A DNA stretch of 63,894 nt, counting the filler, from Octopus bimaculoides (taxonomy: Eukaryota): assembly GCF_001194135.2 (NCBI RefSeq). It is 5 parts of 5 records of this genome, joined end to end, with 100 filler letters (N's around TTAATTAATTAA, not from the genome) between each part and the next. Parts side by side here need not be neighbours in the genome. Positions count along the whole stretch, not along the records: positions 16,621 to 30,747 come from NC_068995.1; positions 30,848 to 34,598 come from NC_069003.1; positions 34,699 to 62,407 come from NC_068985.1; 2 more parts are not named here. One strand, written 5' to 3'. Below are positions 26,301 through 41,325 of the stretch, one piece after another; within the stretch, counting starts at the first letter, position 1, and every line of letters begins with the position of its first letter. The position numbers were made by a program, and so were the translations under genes. The notes under the pieces are model-generated. The model searched no databases. It saw only the letters and a program-made list of their open reading frames with translations, and had not been told where the DNA came from.

Positions 26301-27221
26301 TATACTCGCTCGTGTAATTGTTTCATTTCATATTTGGCATTCCACTCATGACGGTTTTATTGACCTTTAAGTCATATTCCTATTGATTTTGCTATCGATA
26401 TTGAGAATTCGTATTATCATTATTGCTTTTATTCGCATTAATAATAAAGATTTTAAAAAAAAAAAACATAGGCGTAGGCGAATATCTGGTGTTGGGTGTG
26501 TGGCGATGTTGGGGGTTTTGGGGAAAGGTGAAATCAATTGAATCTGTATCGATTATTGATAGTGACTTCGTTTATCGACCCCGGAAGGATAAACGAGTGA
26601 GTTGATATCAGAGAAATTTAAAATCAGAATGCTAAAAGGATGGAACAAAATGCCGCAAAGCATTTTTCGTATTTAGTTGTGATCTTAATGCTCGACAGTC
26701 TACCGNNNNNNNNNNNNNNNNNNNNNNNNNNNNNNNNNNNNNNNNNNNNNNNNNNNNNNNNNNNNNNNNNNNNNNNNNNNNNNNNNNNNNNNNNNNNNNN
26801 NNNNNNNNNNNNNNNNNNNNNNNNNNNNNNNNNNNNNNNNNNNNNNNNNNNNNNNNNNNNNNNNNNNNNNNNNNNNNNNNNNNNNNNNNNNNNNNNNNNN
26901 NNNNNNNNNNNNNNNNNNNNNNNNNNNNNNNNNNNNNNNNNNNNNNNNNNNNNNNNNNNNNNNNNNNNNNNNNNGAGGAGGAGGAGGAGGAGTGTAATAA
27001 TAATCCTTTCTGTTGTTAAAGGCACAAGGCCGGAAATTTTTGGGAAGCGGGTATTTCGATTGCATCAACCCCAGTGTTCAACTGATCAATATTTAATAGA
27101 CTCCCAAAAGATAGAAATACAAAGTCGACCTCGGCGGAATTTGAACTCAGAGCGTAGCAACAGACAAAATATTGCTAAGCATTTCGCCCGGCGTGCTAAC
27201 GATTCTGACAGCTCACAACCC

Positions 27222-27272
<51 letters not shown>

Positions 27273-28358
27273 GTGTTTCCATTATAGGCACAAGACCTGA
27301 AGTTTAACCTCAGCACTTGACTTGAACTTCATATTATTTAACCTAGGGAACGAAAACAATTGACCTCGGTGAGATTTGAACTCAGGACATAAAGTGGATA
27401 GATGCAATTAAATATCGAAATATATCGACGAAGTTACCTATCGATGGAGGTCGTTCTTATTAACGATATTGATTTCTAGTTTTTAGAGTAGGCAATAAAT
27501 GTTTCTTGGAAGTGACTACTTGATTGAATCAATAATCAGTATACCATTGGTATTTATATTAATCATCTCTACTGACGACCGCAATGAAAGTCAACCGCGT
27601 ACCCTCTGTTCCATGTGGATAAATTACTCATTGGAACTTTCGATTACATAGAGATAAATGACAAACTCAGTCTCGCAACCCCATAGGGGTGAGTCAAAGG
27701 CAAATTCATGCGCCCAACTTCACAGGGATGGAAAACAAATCTGGGGATACAACTCCACAGAGGTAAAAATTGAAGCCTGGACTTCGATGTCTTAGAGATA
27801 AAAGACGAAATCGGTCGGACAGGGCAGAAGTTCAACTCAGACCTCAAAGATTAAATACCACAGTTGTATCTGTCACAACACTGGCCTCTAACTCTTATTT
27901 GAAACCATTCTCTCGGTGATATTACTTTCTACCATCGGCACAAGGTCAAGCGTTTTAAGAGACCCGAGAATTTCGTTTCAAATATTGACACAAGGCTAAC
28001 AATGGAAAGGAGGGTGAAAGGCAAAGTTGACCACGGCGGAATTTGAACTCAGAACGTAAAGACAGACGAAATGCCGCTAAGCATTTTATCCGGCGTGCTG
28101 ACGAATCTGCTAGCTCGCCGCCTTGCGTAACCCTAATATTTGAGTAGTAAATACTATATCGACTCAATAAGAACGCACTTAAGGACTGTGAATCTTCTCC
28201 ATTTGCGAAATTACTGTTTCTGCGAAATTATTGCTTGATACTTACTCGCGAATATTGATTAATATTTATTAAAATCGTGATTAATATGTCTTTTAGTAAT
28301 ATCGTTGCTCTTCTTATATACAGTCAATACACTCAAGCACATGTTCAATATGTGTATG

Positions 28359-28391
<33 letters not shown>

Positions 28392-28424
28392 GTAAGTATG
28401 TATGTACATATATATGCGAGCGTT

Positions 28425-28462
<38 letters not shown>

Positions 28463-29854
28463 AGCACAAAATTATATAAACATGCATACATAAATATGCA
28501 TGCATATTTACGCGCGCACGTCTGTGTGTGGGGATGATGTGTGTATGTGTGTGTGCTTTGGTTGTTATGAAATTTTACAAATAGTATACCACTCAATCTG
28601 ATAAGATTTTAAAGATATTATTGGAATGAAAACCACATTCAAACGCTTACTGAATCGAACGCAGTTTCTAAACCTTATTGTCTTTACAGCGAAATAAGTT
28701 AATATTTCGGCCAGGTAACTCTGGGTAATTTCACAAGGGTTTTTGAGATTTGTATATCATTGTAATTATATATGCTCACACATACACACACACGCGCACA
28801 CACACACATACACACACATATGTCTAAGTGTGCTTGTGTGTGCGCGTGTCTATGTGCCTGTGTGTGTGTGTGACCTGGGGATAGACAGCATGCGTAACAC
28901 CAAGCAGCCTCTATTGCGGTGGCTGATTTGTTGGAAAGAGTAGCTAAATTGCCTGGAACCAAATCGTACAATTTTTACAATCGAGCGACATATTGGTTCC
29001 AGATACATTATGAGATAGCCACGGTTGGAACGATTGTTACCATAGTTCTCTCCGATCAAAGCTGAAATAGAGTTAAAGAACGTCGAGTATAATAACGAAG
29101 ACAAAAGCGACAACAACCACAAGAACAACAACAACGACGACTATAACAATACGGCTTCAGTACAATGTAATTGAATATTAATACTAATTAATCTGATGAC
29201 AGAATACACAGGAACCGGGAAATTAGTTAATTACAAGGATTGTTTAGAAATAATTAAGCATTGTTATTAAACATGAAGGCTGTCATTGCAGCTATTGTGG
29301 CTTTCATCTATCAGCTAACAACTGCTTGAAGTAGGAAGTTATTAGAACCACGCACAGCTGTACTCCACCTCGCGCTGTACTACGGAGTATTGTTTTACAC
29401 GTATATAGAATTATATTGTTATATACGACATGTGGCGTATCACATCATTGCACTAGATTGGTTTCAAATTTTGGCATAAGCCCAGTAAGTTCGAGAGAGA
29501 AGGGGGCTAAGTCGATTACATCAATCCCAGTGCTCAACTGGTACTTATTTTATCGATCCGACAGGGATGAAAGGCAAAGTCGACTTCGGCAGAATTTGAA
29601 CTCAGAACATGAAGACAGGCGAAATACTGCTAAGCATTTCGCCCGGCGTGCTAACGTTTCTACAAGCACACTGCCTTAGTGGATCCCTGAGAGGAACAAA
29701 AGTTGAAAATAAACAGCTTTTATCCAACACCTGGCTACTTTCTCTCTCTCTCTCTCTCTCAGTTTGAATCAATGGATTTAGTTGAATCAGTACACCATAA
29801 GACAGAACGCTTTGTGGTATTTAACTTCATCTCTTCACGTTCTGATGAAAATGC

Positions 29855-30105
29855 GTAGCCCAGCAGTTCAGGTGTTGCACTTACGATCACAAGATCGCGG
29901 TATCGATTTCCGGACCGAGCTCTGCATTGTGTTCTTGAGCAAGACACTTCATTTCACGTTGCTCCAGTTCATTCAGCTGTAAATGAGTACTCCTGCAACA
30001 GAGTGGCGGCGTATCGTTCAAGGGGACGGTTGTGATCTCGCACACTTATGGGGCAATGAAATTGGGTGACCGGATTTACGAGTCCTAGGACTCGGGACAG
30101 TATTT
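29855..30105 (+). mobile_element. tRNA-derived SINE, family B
   Basis: tRNA-like head (gtagcccagcagttcagg...gtatcgatttcc) followed by the shared central domain. Confidence 0.7.
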
Positions 30106-30586
30106 ATATTTTATTTATTTTTTTTTTTTTTGCTTTCACTTCCAGATTTCTTGGATCGATAAAATAAAGTAATCCATCGTGTATTTGGGTCATTTTAATT
30201 TATCTGCTTCCACTCAAAATATTTGGACTTTACCGAAGAACCGAAAAGTGAGAAGAATAATGTAAATACGTACGACCTTCAGCAGAATTTATCCTACTTG
30301 CACATGAAGAAAGGGGATTGTTATGACAACAGAAAATGAGAAGATGAAAATAAAAAAGTAGACTTTTGCAAAACATAGCTTGACCATTGGCCAAGAGTGT
30401 AAGAAATATTGGTTTAAACATATTTGCCAATCAAACAAATTATTTGGCAGGAAAATAAGTTAATCTTCTGCGATGTCTGTGAGGGAGTTCTGTCAAAGTA
30501 TTATTTATTATAAAAACGGGAGGGAGAGATTGGAGTAGAGATGATACGACACCCTGGAATCTCTTTCTTCCTGCTTTCTTCTTTTT

Positions 30587-30685
<99 letters not shown>

Positions 30686-32831
30686 TATGACTAGCATTAG
30701 TTTAAAATGTTGGTACAAGGCCAGCAATTTTATGGGAGGGCTAAGTCNNNNNNNNNNNNNNNNNNNNNNNNNNNNNNNNNNNNNNNNNNNNTTAATTAAT
30801 TAANNNNNNNNNNNNNNNNNNNNNNNNNNNNNNNNNNNNNNNNNNNNTATATATATATATATATATATATATGAACACATCACCGGCATCTAACTTGGAA
30901 CGAAAACGAAATTTAAATCTTATGACTTTTGTGACATGTTGCATCACCTGATGCGGCGCCCAGCACTGTGTGATGCATGTGATGTCATTACATCGTTCCA
31001 CACCCACAAGGGAGCAGTGCGGAAGGAAGTCGAAACGATTGTTGTGCTAAATATAGCTTACACTCCGTCTTCCGTATCAATCATTTAAAATATGTGTGTG
31101 TATAGGTATGTGCGTGTGTGTGTGCGCGTGTGTGTGTATGTGTGTGTGCGTATGTGAGTGTGTGTGTGTGTATTATGTATGTATGTATGCATGTATATAT
31201 GTATAATGTGTGCGTATGCACATATATATACGTACACATACGCATATATATTTATTTAGGTACTTACATATAGGTATGTATATACACATAAAAGCATGTT
31301 TCTGTATGGATATATATGCATGTGTATATATGTATATATAGGTATATTTATGTGTGTATATTTATATATATGAATATATACAAACATGCACATATGTATA
31401 TATGAGTGTGTATGTATACATATGTATGTATATATATGTATTTATACATAAATATAGGCGTGTATATATNNNNNNNNNNNNNNNNNNNNNNNNNNNNNNN
31501 NNNNNNNNNNNNNNNNNNNNNNNNNNNNNNNNNNNNNNNNNNNNNNNNNNNNNNNNNNNNNNNNNNNNNNNNNNNNNNNNNNNNNNNNNNNNNNNNNNNN
31601 NNNNNNNNNNNNNNNNNNNNNNNNNNNNNNNNNNNNNNNNNNNNNNNNNNNNNNNNNNNNNNNNNNNNNNNNNNNNNNNNNNNNNNNNNNNNNNNNNNNN
31701 NNNNNNNNNNNNNNNNNNNNNNNNNNNNNNNNNNNNNNNNNNNNNNNNNNNNNNNNNNNNNNNNNNNNNNNNNNNNNNNNNNNNNNNNNNNNNNNNNNNN
31801 NNNNNNNNNNNNNNNNNNNNNNNNNNNNNNNNNNNNNNNNNNNNNNNNNNNNNNNNNNNNNNNNNNNNNNNNNNNNNNNNNNNNNNNNNNNNNNNNNNNN
31901 NNNNNNNNNNNNNNNNNNNNNNNNNNNNNNNNNNNNNNNNNNNNNNNNNNNNNNNNNNNNNNNNNNNNNNNNNNNNNNNNNNNNNNNNNNNNNNNNNNNN
32001 NNNNNNNNNNNNNNNNNNNNNNNNNNNNNNNNNNNNNNNNNNNNNNNNNNNNNNNNNNNNNNNNNNNNNNNNNNNNNNNNNNNNNNNNNNNNNNNNNNNN
32101 NNNNNNNNNNNNNNNNNNNNNNNNNNNNNNNNNNNNNNNNNNNNNNNNNNNNNNNNNNNNNNNNNNNNNNNNNNNNNNNNNNNNNNNNNNNNNNNNNNNN
32201 NNNNNNNNNNNNNNNNNNNNNNNNNNNNNNNNNNNNNNNNNNNNNNNNNNNNNNNNNNNNNNNNNNNNNNNNNNNNNNNNNNNNNNNNNNNNNNNNNNNN
32301 NNNNNNNNNNNNNNNNNNNNNNNTATATATGCATATATCCATACATATACGTACATACCTGCATCTATATGTATACATACATGCATATATGGGTACAGGA
32401 CATCGCAAAAAATCGTTAAACACAATGAGAAACGAAAACAGTAAACGAATATTTTTTGAAACATGCAACATAAAGAATATTTCCCTTTATCAGTTGTCCC
32501 TGTTCCATCTACTCCGCGTTTCGAATGCAAGGACAATACGCGACCTGTTTGTTTACTTTCATCGTAATTTGAATTTGATAATAATAATAATAATAATAAG
32601 TGCACCTAGCGAGCGCAAACCTCCACCAGGGCGACACCAACGTCCTCTCAACGATTAGCCAGAGATGATTTTTAAAATGAGAATATCTGAGAATATTTAT
32701 ATATATACACTAACGTTTTTTGATTCTTTATTACTGACAATGAGTCTTTGTGTTTGAAATATGAATGTTATTAAACTATTTCTCTTTTACATTGTAAGAC
32801 GTTCTCTGTCTTCACTACTTTATCATTTTAC

Positions 32832-32900
<69 letters not shown>

Positions 32901-33959
32901 ATATATGTATGTATGTATATATTTATGTATGTATGTATGTATGTATGTATATGCCATAAATATAGGGACATTGTTAATCTACTGCACTTAAAATAGGTAT
33001 ATATTTCAAAAGTTAAACGAACATAACTACATTAAAAAAAAATAACTGCATTTACTTCTGACAAAGAAGTTTATGATAGCGATAAAAAACAAAAAGAGCA
33101 ACATATAAATTTCGTTAATCAGGATATGTGCTTGTATATAGAATTGAATATACAAACACACGTGGATCATACGAAACAAGAACCTATGAGTAGCATCGAA
33201 AGAGATCATCACTTCATGCATATATATCTATATATATATATATATATATATATATNNNNNNNNNNNNNNNNNNNNNNNNNNNNNNNNNNNNNNNNNNNNN
33301 NNNNNNNNNNNNNNNNNNNNNNNNNNNNNNNNNNNNNNNNNNNNNNNNNNNNNNNNNNNNNNNNNNNNNNNNNNNNNNNNNNNNNNNNNNNNNNNNNNNN
33401 NNNNNNNNNNNNNNNNNNNNNNNNNNNNNNNNNNNNNNNNNNNNNNNNNNNNNNNNNNNNNNNNNNNNNNNNNNNNNNNNNNNNNNNNNNNNNNNNNNNN
33501 NNNNNNNNNNNNNNNNNNNNNNNNNNNNNNNNNNNNNNNNNNNNNNNNNNNNNNNNNNNNNNNNNNNNNNNNNNNNNNNNNNNNNNNNNNNNNNNNNNNN
33601 NNNNNNNNNNNNNNNNNNNNNNNNNNNNNNNNNNNNNNNNNNNNNNNNNNNNNNNNNNNNNNNNNNNNNNNNNNNNNNNNNNNNNNNNNNNNNNNNNNNN
33701 NNNNNNNNNNNNNNNNNNNNNNNNNNNNNNNNNNNNNNNNNNNNNNNNNNNNNNNNNNNNNNNNNNNNNNNNNNNNNNNNNNNNNNNNNNNNNNNNNNNN
33801 NNNNNNNNNNNNNNNNNNNTATATATATATACATATATATATATATTATAGAGAGAGGGGAGCAGAGAGGGAGACATACATATGTTAATAGAGACTTAGT
33901 TATGTATTTATTTTTATGCATATATACATACTTATGTGTGTGTGTATGTATATACATAC

Positions 33960-34015
<56 letters not shown>

Positions 34016-34249
34016 ATGTACGTACGTACAGGCACACACATACACACATAAATGCATACATGTATAATTTCGTATATACACGCACACAGAAATGCATGCA
34101 TGTGTAAATGCACACATACATGTGTACGCACATACACACACGTAAATATATACATATATATTTGCGAAAACACACATATATCTTAGAGATATTTGAATAT
34201 GTATGTGAGCACACATACACACACAAACACCCATACACACAAACATATC

Positions 34250-34283
<34 letters not shown>

Positions 34284-34528
34284 TACATATATGTTTACGC
34301 CTGTGAGTGTATGTGTGTGTGTGTGGTTTGTGTAATTGTATATGTGCTTATATGCGAAGGGTGTGGCTTGCAAAATGACTGACCCGATGGGGGTAACGAA
34401 CATTATAACATTAAAATACTGATTTGGTTGTAGCAATAAATTTCACAATTAAACGAAAGAAAACGAAATAGTCGTCAGCCATGTTTTGTTGTTATTTGTT
34501 ATTTCTATTTCAACATTTTATTTCAAAC

Positions 34529-34598
<70 letters not shown>

Positions 34599-35819
34599 NN
34601 NNNNNNNNNNNNNNNNNNNNNNNNNNNNNNNNNNNNNNNNNNTTAATTAATTAANNNNNNNNNNNNNNNNNNNNNNNNNNNNNNNNNNNNNNNNNNNNTA
34701 ATATAAATATATATATATATAATATAAATATATATATATATAATATAAATATATATATATATAATATAAATATATATATATATATATATATATGCATATA
34801 ATATAAATATATGCATATAATATGAATATATATATAATATATGCACACACACACACATATATATACATTTATATATACACACACACACATACATAAATAT
34901 ACATTTATATATACACACACATATACTTACACACACATATCAACCCAGCACTCTACTTCCCTCCTTCTTCACTAGGCCTATGCAAGAGACTGTATTGATC
35001 AACCCTGGTCAATCTACCTGTGTCCACCTTCTATCCTCCACCCACACCCAAATTACTTCAGTCCTGATCTTAGCAGACATATCTCTCACCTCACCACCTG
35101 TGAAGCTTGCTTGCTCACTGTTATCCTCCACAGCCCTCACCTCTTTTCTTCTCACTGTCCCCTCCCAACATCTCCCCTGCCTCAATACACTCTCATCTCT
35201 CCCTCTCTCGCTTACCCTCTATGGTCCCAACATCTCTCTTACCTTCAATGACTCTCTCTAGATCCTCACCATCCTAATTTTTCTTTTGCCCTTTCATTGA
35301 CCCCACCAAACCTATCAACATAATCCATTGCACCAATCCTTACCACTTTGTCCCTTCCTTTCTCAGTAACCACTTACCTCCCTCACCTATGTACCTGCCA
35401 TACGCCCTTCCCCTGTACCTGCCATACTCTCTTCCCCTGTACCTGCCATACTCTCTTCCCCAGTAATGGCTACTGTTACTCTCACCACAACCATACTCTC
35501 TCAACAATAAATCTGTTCCTCTCATCATCTTCCGTGAAATCCTTACGGAACCCTTCTCTGCTATTCTCTTGCAATTATGAGGGTCCCATTACATTACGCC
35601 CGTTAATTTTGCAGCTTGCAAGGTGACCTCACAAGTAATGGTGCAATAAGAAAAACACCCAGTACTCTCTGTAAAGTGGTTGGTGTTAGGAAAGGTATCC
35701 AGTTGTAGAAACAACGCCAAAACAAACGCTGGAGTACAACGTGTTCTGAATTGTCAGTTCCTGTAAAACCATCCAAACCATGCTAGTATGGAGAGCAAAG
35801 ATTAAATAATAGTCATTTA

Positions 35820-35851
<32 letters not shown>

Positions 35852-35964
35852 CACACACACAAATATGTATACGTCTGTACCCACACATATACATACTCAC
35901 CTACATACGTGAATTTACATCGATATCTACATATATACATGCATATGTATATTCACACACACAT

Positions 35965-36005
<41 letters not shown>

Positions 36006-37430
36006 CATACATCAACAAAAATACTTACATATATTAATGATTTCAAACTTTTGGCACATGAATAGGTATATGTACACATGCATAATAATAGAATAATATA
36101 AAACACACACACACAAATATATATAATTTCTGATTATTTAACGCTGCATTTCTCAGGAAAGAATTATAAAAATAAAAGTAGTTCAAATCGAATCAAGGTT
36201 ACAATGACATAAGTAAAACGATAGAAAATTTTGAGTCATTGATACCGCCCTTGAAATTCAAACAAGTTTAGTTATTTTAATTGAAATATTTATTCAGGTT
36301 TTTTTGTGGGGTGGGGTATGTTATTAAAGCTACTAAAATGGCCGAAATGTTTGAGTTTTCTGTTAAAATAAACAACCAATGCGCATTTATATAGTTAACC
36401 ACGCAGCTAGTATGGACCAAACATGTAGTTGACTTTGTATTGACATGGTAAACGAATATTTGAAGCAACGTTGAGGGATCAAATACAAATTTATTCCGAC
36501 ATTCTTTGGACCTGTTTTAATCATTTCCGGCATAAAATAACCCATCTAAGACATAAAAGAGAATATTTACATAGCTCAAATATTATTTTTTTTGCCTCTT
36601 TGTTATTTCTAACCTAAATATTTCGGAAATTAAATATTAAATACTGCCAGTATAACATCTGTAATTCGGAAGGAGGGAATTTTCAGCTAACACGGTCGTC
36701 ATGGAGGTTGATATAAGACATCAGTTTAGAATAAATATTACTAACAGCTGCACACTTTGTGTTTCTAATTCTTGTTCTTTTAGCTTTAAAAATCAAAGCT
36801 TAGCAAAGGTTACCGAGTTTTAACATTTCCCGAAACCTCAGAAGTAAACAGACAGGTTCCTTCCTTCGATCTTATCTCTCTGCAACTGTCATATTTTTGT
36901 TTTAAATGTTTATATTTACTTCGATCAACGAAGCTAAGGTTTATTATATTGAATTAAATTAGTAGTCGTCGATAATTTTACGTTCATAACAAAAACAACT
37001 GCAGTTTATTATACAAAATCCTGATCACTAAAGGATTATTTATATTTCTTTAAAGCGATTAGAAGAAAATACGGAAAAATAAATGTAAATATGTCTCTGA
37101 GAAGATTAATTAAAATCCCTGGAAATTCCCCCATCTTAGACGTCGAAAATATACTAAATTGTCATTAGTTAGTTAAAATAACAACATACTAAGATATTCC
37201 TTGTGAAAAATGCAACTGAATGATTTGGGAAACATTTTTCTTGCAATTATTTCCTCATCGCATTGCAAATAAAATGTTTCTAATTTACAAAGATATTTGT
37301 ATTTTCTTTTCTTTTTGTTTTTGCTCTTCAAGTAAAGGTGTTTTTTTCTTCTTTTGTTTCCAGATCTAATAAAAATGAGCTAAGGGATAAAAAAGACAAT
37401 ACAACACATTTGTGTTTTTTTTTTAATTAC

Positions 37431-37547
37431 CTTGTTGCTTTCCTTCCTTTTGTTAGCCACGGGCTTCTCTTTTGGGTCTTTCTTCATGCTTGAATCATTT
37501 CCCCCTTTGTTATTGTGTGGTGCTACTGAGGTTTGCTGGTCTGGCAT
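37431..37547 (-). CDS. Probable first coding exon of an unidentified minus-strand gene, MPDQQTSVAPHNNKGGNDSSMKKDPKEKPVANKRKESNK
   Basis: ATG-initiated 39-codon open frame ending AAG|gtaatt (phase 0); preceded by a GA/CT-rich UTR-like stretch; no homology recognised. Confidence 0.5.
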
Positions 37548-39129
37548 TTGACAGACATGAACGTTGTTAGCCAGACAAGAGAGAGAGAGAAACAGAGAGA
37601 TGTGTAGATAGAGACAGAGTGAGTCAGAGTGAGAGAGAGCGAAAGATAGGGAAAGGGAAAGAGAAAGAGAGAGAGTTGCGTGGGATCGTACCTACGAGCA
37701 GAGCAAGTTATTGCGAGATTGTCAACAAAACAGATGGTTTAAGTAGTAAATCATGCCAAATATTAGTCAGAAATATACATACATGCATATATATGTATGA
37801 ATGTATATATTTCAAAACGAAATGCAATCAGCTGTTTACAGTTTGAAGTGTCTACTTATTAACTGCAAGGAAGGGTTCATATTAAAGGCATTTCATAAGA
37901 CTCCTGAATATTAGCATATGTATGAATAAATACACATGCAAAAGCGACTCTTTATTGCCACAACAATGAATTGAAATTAACACCACTCTCAATTATAGAT
38001 TTGATAGTTATTATTATATATGTGTGTGTGTTTGTATGTATGTAACAAAGAAAACTAATCGATATATATATATTAAAAAAAAAGACTTTCCTTTCGCCTA
38101 AACGGAAAAAAGACACCAAACTATATTAATAGATATTTCTAATATTCTACCCGGCCTTGTTCACATAATGGTGTTTCCATTTTCTGGTTTTCACCCAGGA
38201 AACATTTTTTTTATGACTGTCGTAGTGAAAGTTGAAATAATGTAAATAAAGCCAGAAAAGAGTGAAATATGCTTCCCCTGTTCAGAAGTAGGTAAGTTCA
38301 GTGTATACAGGAGAGATCGATTTTATTCTTATGTTCAGAAATAAGCAGTTCAGCGTATACAGGGGAGATCGATCTTATGTCAAACCGAAGTTAAATTTGA
38401 CGAGGGATGATTGAACCACCATTTTAATGTTTTTAAACGGGATATATGGTTTATTCCACATAATAAATATGCATTTATAAAATTTATAGTATGCTTAAAA
38501 CTTTCATTTGAGACAAAAAAACGAAATGTTTCTTTCTTCTTTTGGTAATTCTGTCGTCAATATATAATCTTTAATATGTGTGATTAAAAGCCTCTCTATA
38601 TTGCATTTTGCCAATAAAAAAAATCTAAGCTTCTTTGTCGTCCATTCAGTCATAGATATCGTCCAAAGATTTTTGTATTTCTATTTGTCTTCCTCTATAC
38701 TGAACAGTTTCTCTGAAGAAGAATGAGCCAAACGCAACTTAGTAGCGATATATATAACCCTGCAGTTCTTTCTTTCTCTTTCACTCTTTCTGTAATACAA
38801 TTGATTTATGTAAACAGAAATCTGTCGCAAAACTAACTTGATTCTATAGATATGGTTTATATTTTAAGCAAAAGAAGTACTGCAATGATGTATAAATACA
38901 TAATGCTGTTTCTTCATAAATAGAAAAAGGTTGAGTCTTTCTCCCCTTAAAATAAACAAATGGAATTTTTTTCCACAAAAATTTTGAAATTAAAGAATCG
39001 TCGTCCAAGGTGTATTTTGTTTACAAAAGTATGAATCAAGATTGATATGCTTCCATGAACTCAAATTATTTGACATGGTGTAGGTTCCAGTTTTTCCTTC
39101 ACAAACGGATTAACATCTATTTGGCCATG

Positions 39130-40610
39130 TCATAAATGAGCAAGTCTGTGAAACAATCCTGAACCACACTGAACCCACAAAGACTTTCTCACAACGGATA
39201 TGAAAATAAGCTGAGATTGTATGGCCATGTGCCATATAAGAAGATCCAATGGTTTTGCAGAGGCCTGTTCTTAAAAAAACTGTAGTGGCGGGAGAGAAGA
39301 TGGACGATGAACAGGGAAATAATTAACGATGGCTCGAGGACTGTTGCAGATGGGAAAACGGTATGTCATTACGGTCTCTCTAAGACCCCCATCATGAGTT
39401 GAAGACTCATGGAAGGAAAGTTGAATTAACATTAGGTTGTTGTCTAATATACCTTTTGGATTATAATATACGGCATGCATTTATTAGAGCAGACCAGTTT
39501 GCCAAATATGTTTGATATAATAATTATGAAACATTATATACATTGCACAGGTGCGCTACAACTGAGGTAAAATGGGACAGAAAGTAGTAATAAGTCAAGT
39601 AGAGAAAGCAATGAAAGGCAAAAGTGCATAGAAGATGGGATAAAACGTAAGAAAGCAGAAATATGAACAGTGAAAAGGCCATAAACTGGAAATTGTACTT
39701 CAAAAATAAAATGTTGGTGAATTTCGTGAACCATGGAATTTTTCAAAGATACAATATCCTGACAGTTAACAACCGATGTGGGTAGTTTATTCTATGCTTC
39801 GACAATACTGAGAATGAAAAAGTGTTTCCAAAAGTCATGGGTGTTGCGCTGAGTTTTGATTTTATACGTCTGTCCACGAGTAATAGAAGTATTGAATTCA
39901 AAAAAGGTTAGATAAATAGTCAGTGGGCATTTGACGAAGGTCTTATTGAGTGATGCTAAGACACCTTCGGCCCTTCTTACGATTTTGGAAATGTAGTTTG
40001 TTCAATGCAGAACATTATTGACAATACTGTCAAGGTCATATTCGACACAGGCTTCATAAGGTTGGTGTTGTGGAGGGCGTGGTAAATTGTAGGGTTTCCC
40101 ACCAGAATGTATAATGGTGCACAGGTCTATAGCCAGCTTGAATTGTCAGTCAGCAATTCATTGCTGCATTGTGCTCAACTTAGATTGTGGCAAAGATCTA
40201 TAGCGAGCATATAGGATCCATTCTTTTTTTTTCTCCCTCGAAGTACTGCTTAAAGTCGTCTGGGCTTTCTAACACAGTAACATGCTTCAAGTTGGCGTCT
40301 ATTTCGTTAACATATGCAACAAACAACAGGAAACCAAGAACAGATCAGTGCGAAAATCCTGATGTCACCGCGCCGAGTGCAGAATGTTCTCGACTGAGAA
40401 TGACGGACTTCAACCAACTACAAAGATTAGCCCTCACACATATTGCAGAGGGTTTCAGTGGTGAGTAAGTCAAGATAAATAGCTTCCACCCAAGAGTCGC
40501 TATCCGTGATTCAAGTGATGTCTTCAAGAAATTTGACGTATTGGCCACAGTAGCTTGAGTTAGGGATAAATCCAAATTGTTAGGATTGAATAAGGTTATT
40601 AAAGTTGCAG
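39130..40610 (-). mobile_element. Decayed CR1/L2-type LINE, reverse transcriptase and 3' part of ORF2
   Basis: VTSGFSH*SVLGFLLFVAYVNEIDANLKHVTVLESPDDFKQY matches the RT motifs VTSGVPQGSVLGPLLF..Y.ND and FADD; many stops and frameshifts. Confidence 0.85.
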
Positions 40611-40682
40611 AATCTCTCTCTCTCTCCCTCTAACACAGGACTCTATCAATGGGACAATACAGCTAGTTAGATTGACCACATA

Positions 40683-40865
40683 CACTTTTACTTGTTTCAG
40701 TCATTTGACTGCGGCCATGCTGGAGCATCGCTTTAAAGGGTTTTAGTTGAAAAAATGCTCTTGATCTTTTTTATGCTGAACCGCTAAGTTTCGGGGACGC
40801 AAACACACCAACATTGGTTATCAAGTGATGATGGGGGAACAAACACAGACAGACACACACACATA
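40683..40865 (-). mobile_element. SINE family C 3' portion inserted into the CR1 LINE
   Basis: Matches the tail of 46586-46824 (gctccagcatggccgcagtcaaatgactgaaacaagtaaa). Confidence 0.8.
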
Positions 40866-40879
40866 TATATATTTGGAAT

Positions 40880-41325
40880 TTGATATCAGGAATGGTAAAG
40901 ATAATCCGTTGGTATTTTCAACAGTAAAAGTGCCAGCAGTAAGTTCTACACACTATTTGAGGTCACCAGTAATCTGATCTGGATGGAGATTGCAGAAAAG
41001 GCCGAGTGGAAAGTTAGACCTCTGTTTCGAACGCATGTATTTCCAGAACACTTTTACGCATTATCCGGGTTGGTTGCTATGCGTTGTTCTAACTAAGTAC
41101 TGCTTTTTAGTCAATTACTTCATGATGGTTTGACGCTCCTTTGCCCTTTCTACTATCCTCTGCTCAATGTAGTTTGTATTAACGCTCAACATCTCGTTCT
41201 CATTTGACAAAGCAAACTGATTCAGTCTCCCAAATTGCGCTTTTGGTATCTAATGCGTTTACGTAGTACTGATGTTTTGCTACGACCCAGATTGAATTGA
41301 GCAAATGCTAAAGGATAGTAATGAC
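40880..41325 (-). mobile_element. CR1 LINE ORF2 linker between endonuclease and RT
   Basis: LEQRIATNPD../KVFWKYMRSKQRS matches the CR1-type NPK.FWKY.RSK motif. Confidence 0.75.

Noticed and set aside
28698-28722. 25-nt plus-strand micro-exon (RNKLIFRP) with good splice signals
   Set aside because: Isolated, overlaps an equally plausible minus-strand candidate; such matches are expected by chance
34940-35560. C-rich stretch resembling the antisense of a LINE coding region, with three 25-bp tandem units at about 35390-35462
   Set aside because: No recognisable RT or endonuclease motif could be read; left unclassified
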